DNA of 63,811 nucleotides, filler included, from Octopus bimaculoides (lineage: Eukaryota), in NCBI RefSeq assembly GCF_001194135.2. It is 8 parts of 8 records of this genome, joined end to end, with 100 filler letters (N's around TTAATTAATTAA, not from the genome) between each part and the next. Parts side by side here need not be neighbours in the genome. Positions count along the whole stretch, not along the records: positions 23,094 to 29,565 come from NC_068999.1; positions 29,666 to 50,332 come from NC_068988.1; 6 more parts are not named here. One strand, written 5' to 3'. Position 1 is the stretch's first letter, and every line of letters starts with the position of its first letter. Below the pieces are notes generated by a model. It saw nothing but the letters and a program-made list of their open reading frames with translations, did no database searches and had not been told where the DNA came from. Below are positions 25,250 through 38,300 of this stretch, one piece after another. Position numbers and translations under genes: made by a program.

Positions 25250-25630
25250 AACAGCTGCACTGAGCCAATGAGACAGCCGCAACAAGATGGTCCCAGGTTC
25301 AGTCCCACTGCATAGCACCTTAGACAAGTGTCTTCTGCTTATAGCCTCAGGCCAACCAAAGCCTTGTGTGTGGATTTGGGAGATGGAAACTGATAGAAAC
25401 CTGTCCATATATATATGTGTGTGTGTTCGTGTCTGTGTTTGTTCCCCACCACCACTTGATAACCAGTGTTGGTGTGTTTACATCCCTGTAACTTAGCAAT
25501 TCAGCAAAAGGGATTGATAGAATAAGTACCAGGCTTTAAAAAAAAATGATAAATCCTGGGATTGATTCGTTCAACAAAAACCTTTCAAGGTAGTGCCCCA
25601 GCCTGGCCACAGTCAAATGACAGATAATCA
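25250..25630 (+). mobile_element. OK-like tRNA SINE, near full length
   Basis: GGTTCAGTCCC B box, central GT microsatellite, 3' GGTAGTGCCCCAGCCTGGCCACAGTCAAATGAC. Confidence 0.8.
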
Positions 25631-27039
25631 CAGCCACTATCTAAATAAAAGACTGGATGGGCATGGTTGGAACGCTTTTTATCATAGCTTTGCTTGGTCA
25701 GAGCTGATTTTGGGTGGATGAGGGAACAACAACTAATATCATTCATAACAAATGTAGAAATAGCAGCCAATTTCCCTTCAAATCACATTCTACTATCTTT
25801 TAAAAGAGAGGATAAAGTGAATAATGTAGTCTTAGATATACTCTGTTTAAAAAGAAAAAAAACGTGATGTTCATGGTTGGAAAGTCTTTGATCATAGGTC
25901 AGCTTGATCAGGACTGACCTGGGACTGAACAGCAGCAATAATGCCAACCGACCTCATAAGCCAACAACACTAACAAAAATAACATCAAAAACGACAACAA
26001 CAACGCCTGTAGTAATAATTAGCTGTAGTATAGCATGGTGTGGTGGGGGGGGGGAAGTTGGGTGTGGTGGGGGGAAGTGGGTGGGGTGGGGTGTACTCTG
26101 TGTGAAACATATCAAACTTATGAGTCAGCTGATGTCATTCCCCGCTTTCGCCCTTTCATTGTAAAGACCGTAATATTCATTGCTAAAACAACAGCAGCAG
26201 CAGCAATAGTAGTAAGACAAGCACCATGATGATGATGATGATGATGCTATAATTCTGCAAAATCCACCCCCATTTAGTCTACGTCATCATTTTCGCAGCC
26301 AATCAGATTGCTGGATCCAGCACAGCTGTTCCTCACACTACCACTATGACTGCATCATTGCTATGACATCACCACTGCTACCACCACCACAACAATCATC
26401 GTCGTCGTCACAACACTCATCACCTCTTTATGATTGCAACAACTACTACTACCACCACCACAACACCACTACCATCACAATAGCTGTTATCATCACCCCT
26501 CCCTCTACCTCAGAGGGCCTGTCTAAGGTCCAGCTGTCTCAAGCCTGTGGTTATCCTGACACTTTATAAAAACTACCACCTTCATCACCAATGCCACTAC
26601 CACCCTCACCACTACCATCGCTAACACCACTGTCACCACCGCATATATTTAGACTGAGTTGGCAGACGATGCTGTGGGCAAGAGAGGGGGAGACTCCTCA
26701 TTCATGACACACTGTTGGCCATCCATGAATGAATTGATATTTGCCTGTAATCCCCAACCCCTGTTATGCCCCTGAACACACGCACACATTTTGTTTGTTG
26801 CTAGTTAGTATCAATGTTTAATCAATCAGTGCAATGGGGCTATCAACTATTTAATCAACATTTAGAAATAAAGATATTTCTAAGATAGGTAATGAGAAAG
26901 TGTGAGGTTGTGATCTTTATGCCTTTCTCAAAAGGTAATATATAAACGTCTTTAGAGAGGAAAACATTTGTCATTATTTACTTCTACACAATGTTCTCAT
27001 TGGTTTTTGATATCTAATCATTAGATGTTTCATTCCTGG

Positions 27040-27360
27040 ATGTGTACAGTCCCATTGCATGGTACCCTGGGCAAGTGTCTTCTACTATAGCCTGGGTTGA
27101 CCAAAGCCTTGTGAATTGATTTGGTAGATGGAAATTGAAAGAAACCTGTCGTGTGTGTGTGTGATTGCCCCCCACCCACTTGACAACCAGTGCTGGTGTG
27201 TTTACATTTCTGTAACTTAGTGGTTCAGCAAAAGACACCAATGGAATAAGTGCCAGGCTTAAAAAGAAACTAAGTGTTACAGTCAATTAATTCAACTAAA
27301 ATTCCTCAAGGTGGTGCCCCAGCATGGCCACAATCTAATGACTGAAACAAGTAAAAGATA
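27040..27360 (+). mobile_element. OK-like SINE, 5'-eroded
   Basis: Similar to 58617-59020 with GAAACAAGTAAAAGATAAA tail. Confidence 0.8.
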
Positions 27361-27529
27361 AAGACAATATCAGACTGGATTTGAACCAGGAACCTTTCTA
27401 AGCTAATGGGGGTGCATCAGTGGCATCATGGATAAGAGTCCTCTTCCAAATCCAGTCTGGTACTTTGTTCAATCACAAAAAATAAGACAGCCATTGATGA
27501 AACAGTTTTAGAGATGTGAATATTTTATC

Positions 27530-27870
27530 TTTTACTTGTTTCAGTCATTGGACAGCAGCCATGCTGTGGCAGCACCTTGAAGGAGTTAGTCAAACAAATT
27601 GATCCCAGTACTTAGTTTTTTTAAATCTGGTACTTATTTTACTGGTTCCTTACTGAACCACTAAGTTACAGGAACATAGACAAACCAACAGTGGTTGTCA
27701 AGCAGTGATAAGGGAACAAACACAAAGACACACACACACACACACGTTCATGACAAGCTTCTGCACCAAATTCACACACAAGGCATTGGTTGGCCCAGGG
27801 TTATAGTAGAAGACATTTGCCTAAGTAGGAATGAATCCAAAGCTATTTCGTTACAAAGTGAGCTTCGTAA
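27530..27870 (-). mobile_element. OK-like SINE, inverted relative to 27040-27360
   Basis: Starts TCTTTTACTTGTTTCAGTCATTGG, the reverse complement of the SINE tail. Confidence 0.75.
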
Positions 27871-28597
27871 CCCACAGCTTGTGCATATAACATTGACCAT
27901 TTTTCTCCTCTTCAAAGGTGAGGTCAATTGTCTGAAAAATGAATAATCAATACCTTTGGAAAAAGCATCAATGCTACAACTTCACAATTTCTCATTTACA
28001 TTTCTGACTCTACTTGAGATGTAAATATTGGAAAAACGATGTTGATAGTCCCCAAAATTATAGTTGTCAATAACTCAGATAATTACATGAGGTAGACTAT
28101 ATTATGTAGATCACAATACATTAAGGTAGCTTACAGTTTAGGTTTAGCTTCGGTGCCAGCTATGTTCAGGTCAAGGTGTCTTGACTTTACTGCCAGCCAG
28201 CCAGCCAGCCAGTGTTCACATATGAGACAACACAGACAGAGAGTCAGCTGATGAGGTAGTGCTTGTGCAATTATGCTTCTTAGAGATATTCTTTTTGTTA
28301 AACGTTTTACATTTTTTTTTTGTCTGGTTTCAGTCATTAGACTGTAGTCATGCAGGGGTATCTGCCTCTTTCAAACATTTTAGTCGATTATATTGACTCA
28401 TGATTCTTATTTCAGTTTTGGTACTTGTGTTATTGATCATCATTACTGAATGGTTATCACACTTTTGACATAAAGGGATGCTTTTTGACATGTCGATTTA
28501 AACCAGTAGGCATTGACACAAACTTGTGTGTGTGTGTGTATGTGTATTGGTGCAGTATGGCCAAATACATACATACATACAAACAAACAAACAATCT

Positions 28598-28985
28598 TTT
28601 ACTTGTTTCAGTCATTCGACTGCGGCCATGCTGGGGCACCACCTTGAAGATGCTCAGTTGAACTAATTGACCCCAGTATTTATCTTTTTTAAAGCCTGGT
28701 GCTTATTTTATCAGTCTCTTAGGCTGGACCGCTAAGTTATGGGGATGTAAACACACCAGCACCAGTTGTCAAATGGTGGTGGAAGACAGACACACACACA
28801 CACATGATAGGCTTCCTTCAGTTTGCGTCTATCAAATCCACTCACAAAGCTTTGGTTGGCCTGAGGCTACAGAAGAAAAGACATGCCCAAGGTGTCATAC
28901 GGTGCGATTGAATCTGGAACTATGTCGTTGGGAAGATGTAGGTGCAGTCATGGCTGTGTGGTTGAGAAGCTTGAATAGTGGGTTA
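28598..28985 (-). mobile_element. OK-like SINE
   Basis: TTTTACTTGTTTCAGTCATTCGACTGCGGCCATGCTGGGGCACC through a degraded tRNA head. Confidence 0.75.
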
Positions 28986-29533
28986 GTTGTGTTGGTAGTG
29001 GTGATTTTTAAACCAGGTGGTATATTAAACCTATCACCCAAACTAAATACTTTAAGACTTGAAAGTCAAAAACTAGGATATATTCTAACACTGATTTACA
29101 CCTGCTATTTCTATATTTAGTTGTAAAAATATATATATATAAATTTTTTTCATAAAAAGTGTTAAAAACTGATTTCTTTTACATAAACATTACTGCAGCA
29201 AACTCAGTATTCTAGCATTCTCATCTATAAAAAAACTCTGTGGTATGTGTATATAATATCTATTCCTAAATTCATGCTACATTATATTCTATTCACCTAG
29301 AATTCATTGCTCTTTTAAAAATTAAGATTTATGCATTGTTGTCTCTCAAATATTTAAAATCTACAATTAAGAGCCCTATCTACTCGCTGACGGTACCTAC
29401 CCACCCCTACTAATTTTCCTTTATTCAAAAATTCTTATCGCTCCTTAAAATTATGGCTTTTAAGTGTTGATTTCTCAGCCCAAGAATTACAGCGTGATGT
29501 GCTGCTTGACTGGTCCCCCCTCTCTCTCTCTCT

Positions 29534-29565
<32 letters not shown>

Positions 29566-29665
29566 NNNNNNNNNNNNNNNNNNNNNNNNNNNNNNNNNNN
29601 NNNNNNNNNTTAATTAATTAANNNNNNNNNNNNNNNNNNNNNNNNNNNNNNNNNNNNNNNNNNNN
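29566..29665. other. Artificial scaffold linker
   Basis: N44-TTAATTAATTAA(29610-29621)-N44. Confidence 0.97.
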
Positions 29666-29832
29666 CCAATGACCTAAATTTTCAGTATGTTGGAGAAGCA
29701 ACTCAATGCTAATCCATGTATATTTATGATGATAAATGGTTTTACCGATAAAGGTTTTTTCATACTCGACTACTTGGCAAAATTGTTAATTATTAATTCT
29801 ATTATTAATTGACGATTCCCTGCCCTTATTCT

Positions 29833-29862
<30 letters not shown>

Positions 29863-29865
<3 letters not shown>

Positions 29866-30090
29866 TGACTCAGCGATAACAGTGTTGAGTTCACAATCAT
29901 GAGGTAGTCAGTTCCATTCCCGGACCGAGCTATATCTGATATTCTTGAACAAGACACTTTATTTCAAGTTGGTCTGGTTCACTCAGCTGTAGAAATGAGT
30001 TATGGGACCACTGGCGTGATATTGGCCTTGGGCTTTCCCTTGGATAACATCGGTGGCATGGGGAGTAGAGTCTGATATGCATAGTATGCC
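29863..30090 (+). mobile_element. tRNA-headed SINE of a third family (CORE-like body)
   Basis: Decayed A/B boxes then CTTGAACAAGACACTTTATTTCA...CACTCAGCTGTAGAAATGAG; related head at 59825-59945. Confidence 0.6.
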
Positions 30091-31719
30091 TTCCAGGTTT
30101 CCTGAGCCGATTTCAAATCCGTTGGGATAAACTCTGATTTTTATGCCTTTAGGGTTGATAAAATAATGTCATCCCAATAAAATGTCGATAAAATATTGTC
30201 ATACTAATCAGAATGCTCCCTTCCAACGAAAGTGCTGTTTTGTGCCAAATGTAGGAACAAAAAATATCAAACAAAGATTAATCTCACTATAAATAAAACA
30301 TGTTAGTAAGCCTTTGAATATAAGCGGATAAATATATAATTATGACTTGTAAAAGAATATACTTACAAAATTCACCAATGACCTATAACATAATTTATAA
30401 GTAAAAATATTTATATGTAATGATTTATATTAGCACCATTTTAACGGATTTTTTTCTCGGTGGAGGTTCGTATTTAAACATGAAGTTTTATCGAATTTGA
30501 AACATGTTGTCCACTAAAAAACTAATTTATACAATTTTTGCAAGTTTAAATATTTTCAAATTAATATGTAATGATCATGAAAGAAATATATATTCATATA
30601 TCTCACTTTCTAATAAACAAAATGCGTTGTTGTTTTTTTTGGTTTTTTTTATTTCCGTTTTTTTTTCGTTTGTATGTATCAAATAAGCTGTATTTTAGCG
30701 AAAAATAGTTTTGCTTATTTTAGTGTATAAAGAGTGATAAAATAATTATAGTTTCGAGAAATGTATCAAAAACATTGTTTCTCAAAGCTAAAAAGTTAAA
30801 CTATAATTAGACAAATTTATACATGAGAGAAACGAATGGGGCTGAATTCCTCTCAGTAACACTATTGCATATTTAATGAGAATAACATACGATGTTTATG
30901 CATTAATAGATTGTTGACTACCTATCGAACATATAATCAACTTATATTATATCTCATATTTAATTCCAATATTTTAACCGTCAATTAACTCCTATGAGTT
31001 CTCGGTTCGCAATCTTCTTTCTAAATTTCTTCCTTTCCACCCTTCAATCTTCCCCGGAGTTAATTTTCTAAATAACAATCTTGTATTTCTCTTCAATGTA
31101 GATATATATATTGTTTTGTCCTTTATAGAAAAATCAATATCATATATTCCATACAAGGATTATTATGTAAATAATTATGTAAATCTCTTTAAAACGAGTG
31201 CTCCATATTTGTACCTTACAGCTATGCTTTGCTTTTAATTTTATATCTGTACATATGTTTAATTGATATTTCTTATTGTATTTATATAAATATAATGAAA
31301 TATGTCTCTAATATACGCTTTTGAGATCTAAACTCACAAGATATCCAAAGCATAAACAATATTTTATGTGGTGTAAATCAGGTATGAGTTGTAGCTACTT
31401 GGTTTGGGTTCAGCACTATTGTATTGTGTTGAATGTTAAGTACGTATCGGCCACTTTGATACTGATCTCACCAATGTGAGCGTATTTTCTAAGTCTTTAC
31501 TGTGCAGAATCCATCAGCACCTACATTATTATCCACACAACTACACATTCACACACGCACACGCCAATTTCACCAGCTCCCATCCACATGCACACACACA
31601 CGCTCTCAAATACACACACACGAGCACATTCGTGTTGGGATCACCACTACTTTATCCTCTCCACTACTTTATTATCATCTCCCCTTCTTCCTAGCTCTCC
31701 TGTGTGACCACTCTGTCTC

Positions 31720-31910
31720 GCATTCGCCATGATAGATCGCTAGCCACTAAAGCATTTTCTGTTTTCTCTCCGTGTTTATTTCTGTGTTCCTTTCTGTCGA
31801 ATAGCGTAGGCTCGAAACATAAAAGTCTTTCTCACTTCCCGAGCGTTAGACTAACACATCTGTTTGTTGTTTCCACACCCGTCTTGGGTTTTTTTTTTGT
31901 AAATTCTCAC
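31720..31910 (+). mobile_element. Penelope-like terminal-repeat fragment
   Basis: TCGCCATGATAGATCGCTA...TCGAATAGCGTAGGCTCGAAAC; reverse-complement copies at 32555-32712 and 32921-33080. Confidence 0.6.
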
Positions 31911-31931
31911 AATATATATATATATATATAC

Positions 31932-32181
31932 GTACCAAAGATGAACTGAGGGCAAGGATCATGGTAGCGTTCACCAACTTAAACGAGAAGACCGACCAGA
32001 AGTGATGCAGGAGATTCTGAAGTCGTCTGGAGGCTGTGGTTGAGGCCAATGGCAATTTCAGTAAATAAATTTACTCTCAAGTATTTCAAGATATTTAGGT
32101 AATTTTGGTAAATATATGTTAAAATGATATGTCAGTTTCATATTTGCGAAATGTAGACGACAATTCATTCACCGCACCCTG
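31932..32181 (+). mobile_element. 3' end of the same maT-like transposon as 12894-13979
   Basis: TKDELRARIMVAFTNLN...SRLEAVVEANGNF, then TIR ...TTCACCGCACCCTG|TA. Confidence 0.85.
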
Positions 32182-32398
32182 TATATAAATATGTATATAT
32201 ACATACATGCACACGCGCACTTGTATATATATATATATATATATATATACATGCATACATGCATGCATACATGCATACATACATACATACATACATACAT
32301 ACATCTATACTTGTATACATATATGCGTGTGTCTGACTCCTTGTCTGTCTGTCTGTCTGCCTGTCTAGGCCTCTTCAGAGATTTTATAAAGTCCATGC

Positions 32399-32530
32399 GG
32401 TTAATTTAAAATATCGAAATATAAAAATTTAAAAAATAAATGTATAGGTTAATCTAAAATATCCAAATATAAAAATGAAAAATAAATAAATGTATAGGTT
32501 AATCTAAAATATCCAAATATAAAAATAGAA
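32399..32530 (+). repeat. Three-copy ~49-bp tandem repeat
   Basis: GGTTAAT(C/T)TAAAATATC(C/G)AAATATAAAAAT at 32399, 32447 and 32497. Confidence 0.85.
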
Positions 32531-32539
32531 AAATATATA

Positions 32540-32710
32540 TATCTGTAGTTTGAGGCTAGGGTGATTGAGAAAGCCTTTTACGTTTCGAGCCTACGCTTTT
32601 CAAGAGAAAGGAACACGATGAAACAAACACATAGAGAAAAAATATATTGTTGATTTAGCGATCAATCATGGCGAATCAGCATCTTTATAGGTTTTATTTC
32701 AAATTCGTTG

Positions 32711-32796
<86 letters not shown>

Positions 32797-33078
32797 GTAT
32801 GTATGTATGTATGTATGTATGTATGTATGTGTATATGCTTTCGGTGCGAATAGCTGAAATTAATAGGAAAACAAAAGACGAAGACAGGTGTATAAACAAC
32901 AAGCAAGTGTATAGTTTGATGCTCGGGAGATTGAGAAAGTCTTTTACATTTCGAGCCTACGCTTTTCAAGAGAACGGAAGACGCGGAAATAAACAGAAAG
33001 AGAAAAAAAAATTGGGAATTTAGCGATCAATCATGGCGAATCTATATCTTGATAGGTTTATTTAAAATTAATTGATAG

Positions 33079-33085
<7 letters not shown>
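32540..33085 (-). mobile_element. Tandem pair of Penelope-like terminal repeats, each followed by (GT)n
   Basis: GATTGAGAAAG.CTTTTAC.TTTCGAGCCTACGCTTTTCAAGAGAA...TTTAGCGATCAATCATGGCGAATC occurs twice. Confidence 0.65.
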
Positions 33086-33160
<75 letters not shown>

Positions 33161-33344
33161 GAACTAATTTTAAGTAAACCCTATAAACATGTTGATATTT
33201 TTATGAATCAACGTATGTACTTTCTATTTACACGAACTTATGCTCTAGCTATATAGTCATAATACACTATAACTTTATGCTTTGTACCTTTCAATATAAA
33301 TATGCTTTGAATATCTGTACTAATCTCTGTGTGTAAAATATTCG

Positions 33345-33540
33345 AATAACGGGGAGCTGGCTGAATCGGTTATTCGTCCGTTTTCATATTCCGAGTTCAA
33401 ATTCCGCCGAGCTCCACCTTGCAATTAATATTTTCTTCGTCCATAAAATGCATACCAGTAGTGCACTGCGGTCGATGTAATCCACTTAAGCTTCTCCTCC
33501 GATTATGGGCCTTGTTTCAAAATTTGAAGCCAATATTCAC
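33345..33540 (+). mobile_element. Degraded OR-like SINE ending in a 38-bp tandem duplication (33515-33590)
   Basis: GAGCTGGCTGAATCG...GAGTTCAAATTCCGCCGAG; TTTCAAAATTTGAAGCCAATATTCACAGTACTGAAAAA x2. Confidence 0.7.
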
Positions 33541-34869
33541 AGTACTGAAAAATTTCAAAATTTGAAGCCAATATTCACAGTACTGAAAAATTTCCAAGAT
33601 ACCTATTGAATAATACGTGCACAGTAACGTGTCAAAGTGTCTTAAACATATATTTACTCAATATTTTCCATTAATGTACCTTCCTCTAAATCAGAATCAG
33701 ATACAACAATGTATTCCATTTACCCTGCTAATGGTTATTTCATTAAGGAGTGTTCTGTAGAAGTAAAAGAATCTCTTTTATAATGACCAAATTGAACACT
33801 CTTCAATAGTGTACAGCTGTCAAACGTTTTCTTAGTTCCTTCTCAATGCAATAGTATATCTCTTTGTATATGTGTACATGTGTGTAAGTGTGTGTATTTG
33901 TGCGCGTGTGTGTTTGGTTATAATCGTATAATTTAGCAAAGTACTTTAGTTGACAGAAAATCACACAAAATACACCTATCCCCTCTATTAATCATATATA
34001 ATTGATCACTATATTTTTGATTTAGTGTGTATGAAGCTCTTCGCATTAATATCGGTTATTAGGTCCGCAACTTAATACATTTACTCACTGGCTTTATGTT
34101 CGAGACTAAGGGGCAAAATTATAAATAAAATTGAGAGCTGTTTCCGATAAAATAAAATTTGAAACCAGGGAAAACTTCTGCGCGAGCGACGTTGCACCAG
34201 CATAGTTTCCAAACTGGTTTCCAGACTCTTTCGGAACAAGATACAAGTTAAAATTGTTTATGATCATTACTATTTAAAGGACAGCTTCAAGAAATAATTA
34301 TTCATTCGAATTTAACGGAGATTAGTAAATGGTTCCCGCAATTAGCTGATTGGCTTTTCGTATTTTATTTTACATTGAAACGCCATAAGACTAATTCATA
34401 ATTGAAATTGTTTTTAACAAATAGCGATTGCTGTTGATTTAGTCAGTTAATTGATGGTAGTATGTTTATATATTTACTTAGTTGCCTGTCAACAATACCA
34501 ATTGAAAGGCGAAAATAGCGGAGATTGTTCGCAGTCGTTCAGTCTATTATAAAAGGGATTAATGTCGCCTCCAGATTACACATTGGATCGAAGTAGGACA
34601 AACATGAATAAAGAATTTTCTCGACATATTGTCATTCGATATGTAGAGCGTTATATTGTTTCTTCCAATTCTCCAACGCTGGTGCAATTATTTACACCCT
34701 AAATAGAAATATGTTTATAATTATTTTGTTTCGGTCAAATCGTTTAAACTCAGATTTAATAAAGGAAAAGAAATATTGTACCAGTTGAGTGATTGCTCCT
34801 CGTTTCTCTTATCGTACTCTTGTGACACGTCATGGAGAAGCTAATGAAAAGAAAGCAAGCAGTTAGCTA

Positions 34870-35084
34870 TTATTCTTTTATGTGTATCAGTCATTTGACT
34901 GCGACCATGCCGGAGCACCACCTTTAGTCGAGCACATCGACCCTAGGACTTATTCTTTGTAAGCCTAGTATTTATTCTATCGTCTCTCTTGCTGAACCGC
35001 TAAGTTACGGGAACGTAAACAAACGAGCATCGGTTGTCAAGTGATATTGGGGAGAAACACATACACACAAACATATCCATACAT

Positions 35085-35117
<33 letters not shown>

Positions 35118-35144
35118 CACACATATANNNNNNNNNNNNNNNNN

Positions 35145-35184
<40 letters not shown>

Positions 35185-35345
35185 GACGGGCTTCTTTCAG
35201 TTTCCGTGTACCAAATCCACTCAAAAGGCTTTAGTCGGCCAGAGGTTATAGTAGAAGACACTTGCCGAGGGTGCTATGCAGTGGGACTGAACCTGGAACC
35301 ATGTGACTGGTAACAAGCTACTTACCGCACAGCCACTCCTGCTCC
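34870..35345 (-). mobile_element. OK-like tRNA SINE, full length
   Basis: Reverse complement of the 58617-59020 family from tail to head (CTTACCGCACAGCCACTCCTGC). Confidence 0.85.
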
Positions 35346-38300
35346 TAAATATTATGCAACATTCAAAATAGTCATGTATATATAATGTCTACTATATATA
35401 AACCACCCTGGGGTAACATCATATCTTTTGGGAAGGTTGTTAAGAGCTCGTTAAATCAGGAAAATGCCAAATTCCACAGCAGCGACAAACAAGTGTACCG
35501 GATTCATTCGTGCATTTTAGACCTTTACCATGGCATGTACTGTTATCCAGCCACATGCTTGGGCGAGAATTTCTCACTTCTGACATGGAAAAAGTGAATA
35601 ATGTATAAATACATTTACATATGTATNNNNNNNNNNNNNNNNNNNNNNNNNNNNNNNNNNNNNNNNNNNNNNNNNNNNNNNNNNNNNNNNNNNNNNNNNN
35701 NNNNNNNNNNNNNNNNNNNNNNNNNNNNNNNNNNNNNNNNNNNNNNNNNNNNNNNNNNNNNNNNNNNNNNNNNNNNNNNNNNNNNNNNNNNNNNNNNNNN
35801 NNNNNNNNNNNNNNNNNNNNNNNNNNNNNNNNNNNNNNNNNNNNNNNNNNNNNNNNNNNNNNNNNNNNNNNNNNNNNNNNNNNNNNNNNNNNNNNNNNNN
35901 NNNNNNNNNATATATATATAATTACTCTGCATGATTCCATCAAATATACATTGTTATATTGAAGATTGCTTTTACGTTGAGCATCTGAACAGATATCTGT
36001 CAACAATATTTTGAAATGTTCATGAAATACTTTATTTTAATTCTTGTTATCCCCATAATGGCCAATGAATATCAAAAATATGGAAATATTGCTACTGAAA
36101 CAATCTGACATTAATGGGAATTTTTAATAATATACTGAGCAGTGCAATGTTTTTAAATAAACAATTTATTCTAAGCGACATATTAATCCGCAAAATCATA
36201 TTTCAGCGAATCCGCCCTTGTCAAACTCCATGTGAAGTAAGTACTCAAAAATTCCTGTTCAGTTTAAATTACGACGAATACCATTTTCAATGATTCACTT
36301 TCATATTATAAAATCCCTTACACCGGCGGTTAGCACTCACGTCGAGTGTCATTATATTTCACAAACCACCCCACTGATAGACCAATTCTCGTTAAAATCG
36401 CATGTGTGAATCTTCGTATTGCGTGTAACCGCAATCCTTCTTCTATCCCTTCCAGTGGAGAGAAAATCATGATTTTGCATATAATTTTTAGAATATTAAT
36501 TAATTATATAGAAGTCTAATTGCAACTGAACTTTTGATTAAAGAGATAGAAGACTGTATGTCACAGTATCTTTTCAAAAAAGCACAATATGTTCTAAACA
36601 TAACGGGATTTTTACGGAATACATCTATTAATCTACGGATAAGAAAGAAATTACCAACTCCAAATGGACCTCTGAAGTCGTAGATGCAATAATTGAAATC
36701 ATAATTTCTAAGATAGTAAGAAAATTGCCATCATCTAACGCGCGTCAAGTACAAAGTATATTATGCTTTTGTTTGTGCGACGAACTGACACTAATATCGG
36801 ATTGCTCTCAGATAAATCCAATACTGATACAAATCCTGCCATGACTTCTAGTTATCTATTATGCTTCATCTATCTATGGATTATTTCGCCTTTTCATGGC
36901 TATCATTTTCAATCCAAATTCACATGTACACACCGCGGTTTTCAATGAAATAATCATATTTGTTTGATCCTGTTTCTCATTAAATACCTCAAAGAGAGCC
37001 GGGGAACAGGTCAATAACTTTCGCATATTTCTTCGTGCATGATATATCAATAATCAACGTATTCAGCTACAAATGTAAATTAGCATGATAATAATGTTAG
37101 CTCGATCGATTTCGCTGTACAAATAATTCATTTTAATGGCTGTGTCTGCAGTGTATTTCATGGATTTCGAATGTGCGTTAAAATCCCCTCGAATTATATT
37201 ATCCTGCGGTAAATCGTTTTCAAATGTACTAGAATTATACGACGTAAATGACATTGTATGACGTCATCTCTTAACTAATCTGAGGGTAACGAATTAACAA
37301 TGCTGCTGTTTTAAAACCTCAGCTGAGTTAAGCTTCAACTGCATAACTTCCAGAGTTTATCCCATATATATGCTTGGTAGTTTTTGCTTCTTTTCTTCCC
37401 ACGATGCAACATATCGGTTTGTACGAAAAAATTAATTTCATACAGTTCTTCATCACAATGTAAAATTGTATGTACCAGTACACTAATATTCTTCCATTTA
37501 CAGGTGCACAATCATATAACCGCCTTCTAAATAAGCCAATACACTTAACGGAATTTACACCCACGCAAGTTTAAAATACACATAATGTGGTACAAAGAAA
37601 TATCATAAATAAAACGCTAACATCTACGTGCGTGTTCAGTTAGCGTAACAATATTGTATAGATTTCTTCTTGAATCAGAAGTTATTGTCGTAGCCATTAG
37701 TTCTATCTTCCAATTGAAGAAGAAACGGACTGCAGCATTTCTACGAATAAAATTCACTTATTTATTTAAAGGCCTTTTACAAGACACTGTCTCACAAAAT
37801 ATTCACAAATACACCAAACATTTATATAAAATGATCACATAAAACAAGTGCTAAGATGTTTTTCAATAAAATGAGATGTACGAGATACAATAGAAACACC
37901 ACACTTCATAGCGTTTAATATTGGTTAATATAAAGACTTAAGGGTTATTTACGTTCATCGTTGCGTGGTGGATATTTACAGTTGTAGGGACTGGAGTGAC
38001 CACGATTTGGATTACGATCATCATTTAGCGAACGATGGTGCTTGTGAAGCAATTAGACATATGAACCAATCATTCATTTGATCTGTATCATATCAGCTGT
38101 GGCGGCGCATATTTTATTATTTGAATCAGATTCGGATGCCTTTTTCCGTTCAGCCTTATTGACCGAATCATATATGCCAATGGACTTAGTTTCTTCATAA
38201 TTTTGCTACAAATCCGTTTAAGATTTAGAATTGTTTCAAATACTTTCATTTCGTTTTCACTTAATTTTTTTTTTTTTTTTTTGCGGCAACTTCAATTCAA

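Noticed and set aside
28252-28272. let-7-like 21-mer TGAGGTAGTGCTTGTGCAATT
   Set aside because: No complementary arm on either side, so no pre-miRNA hairpin.
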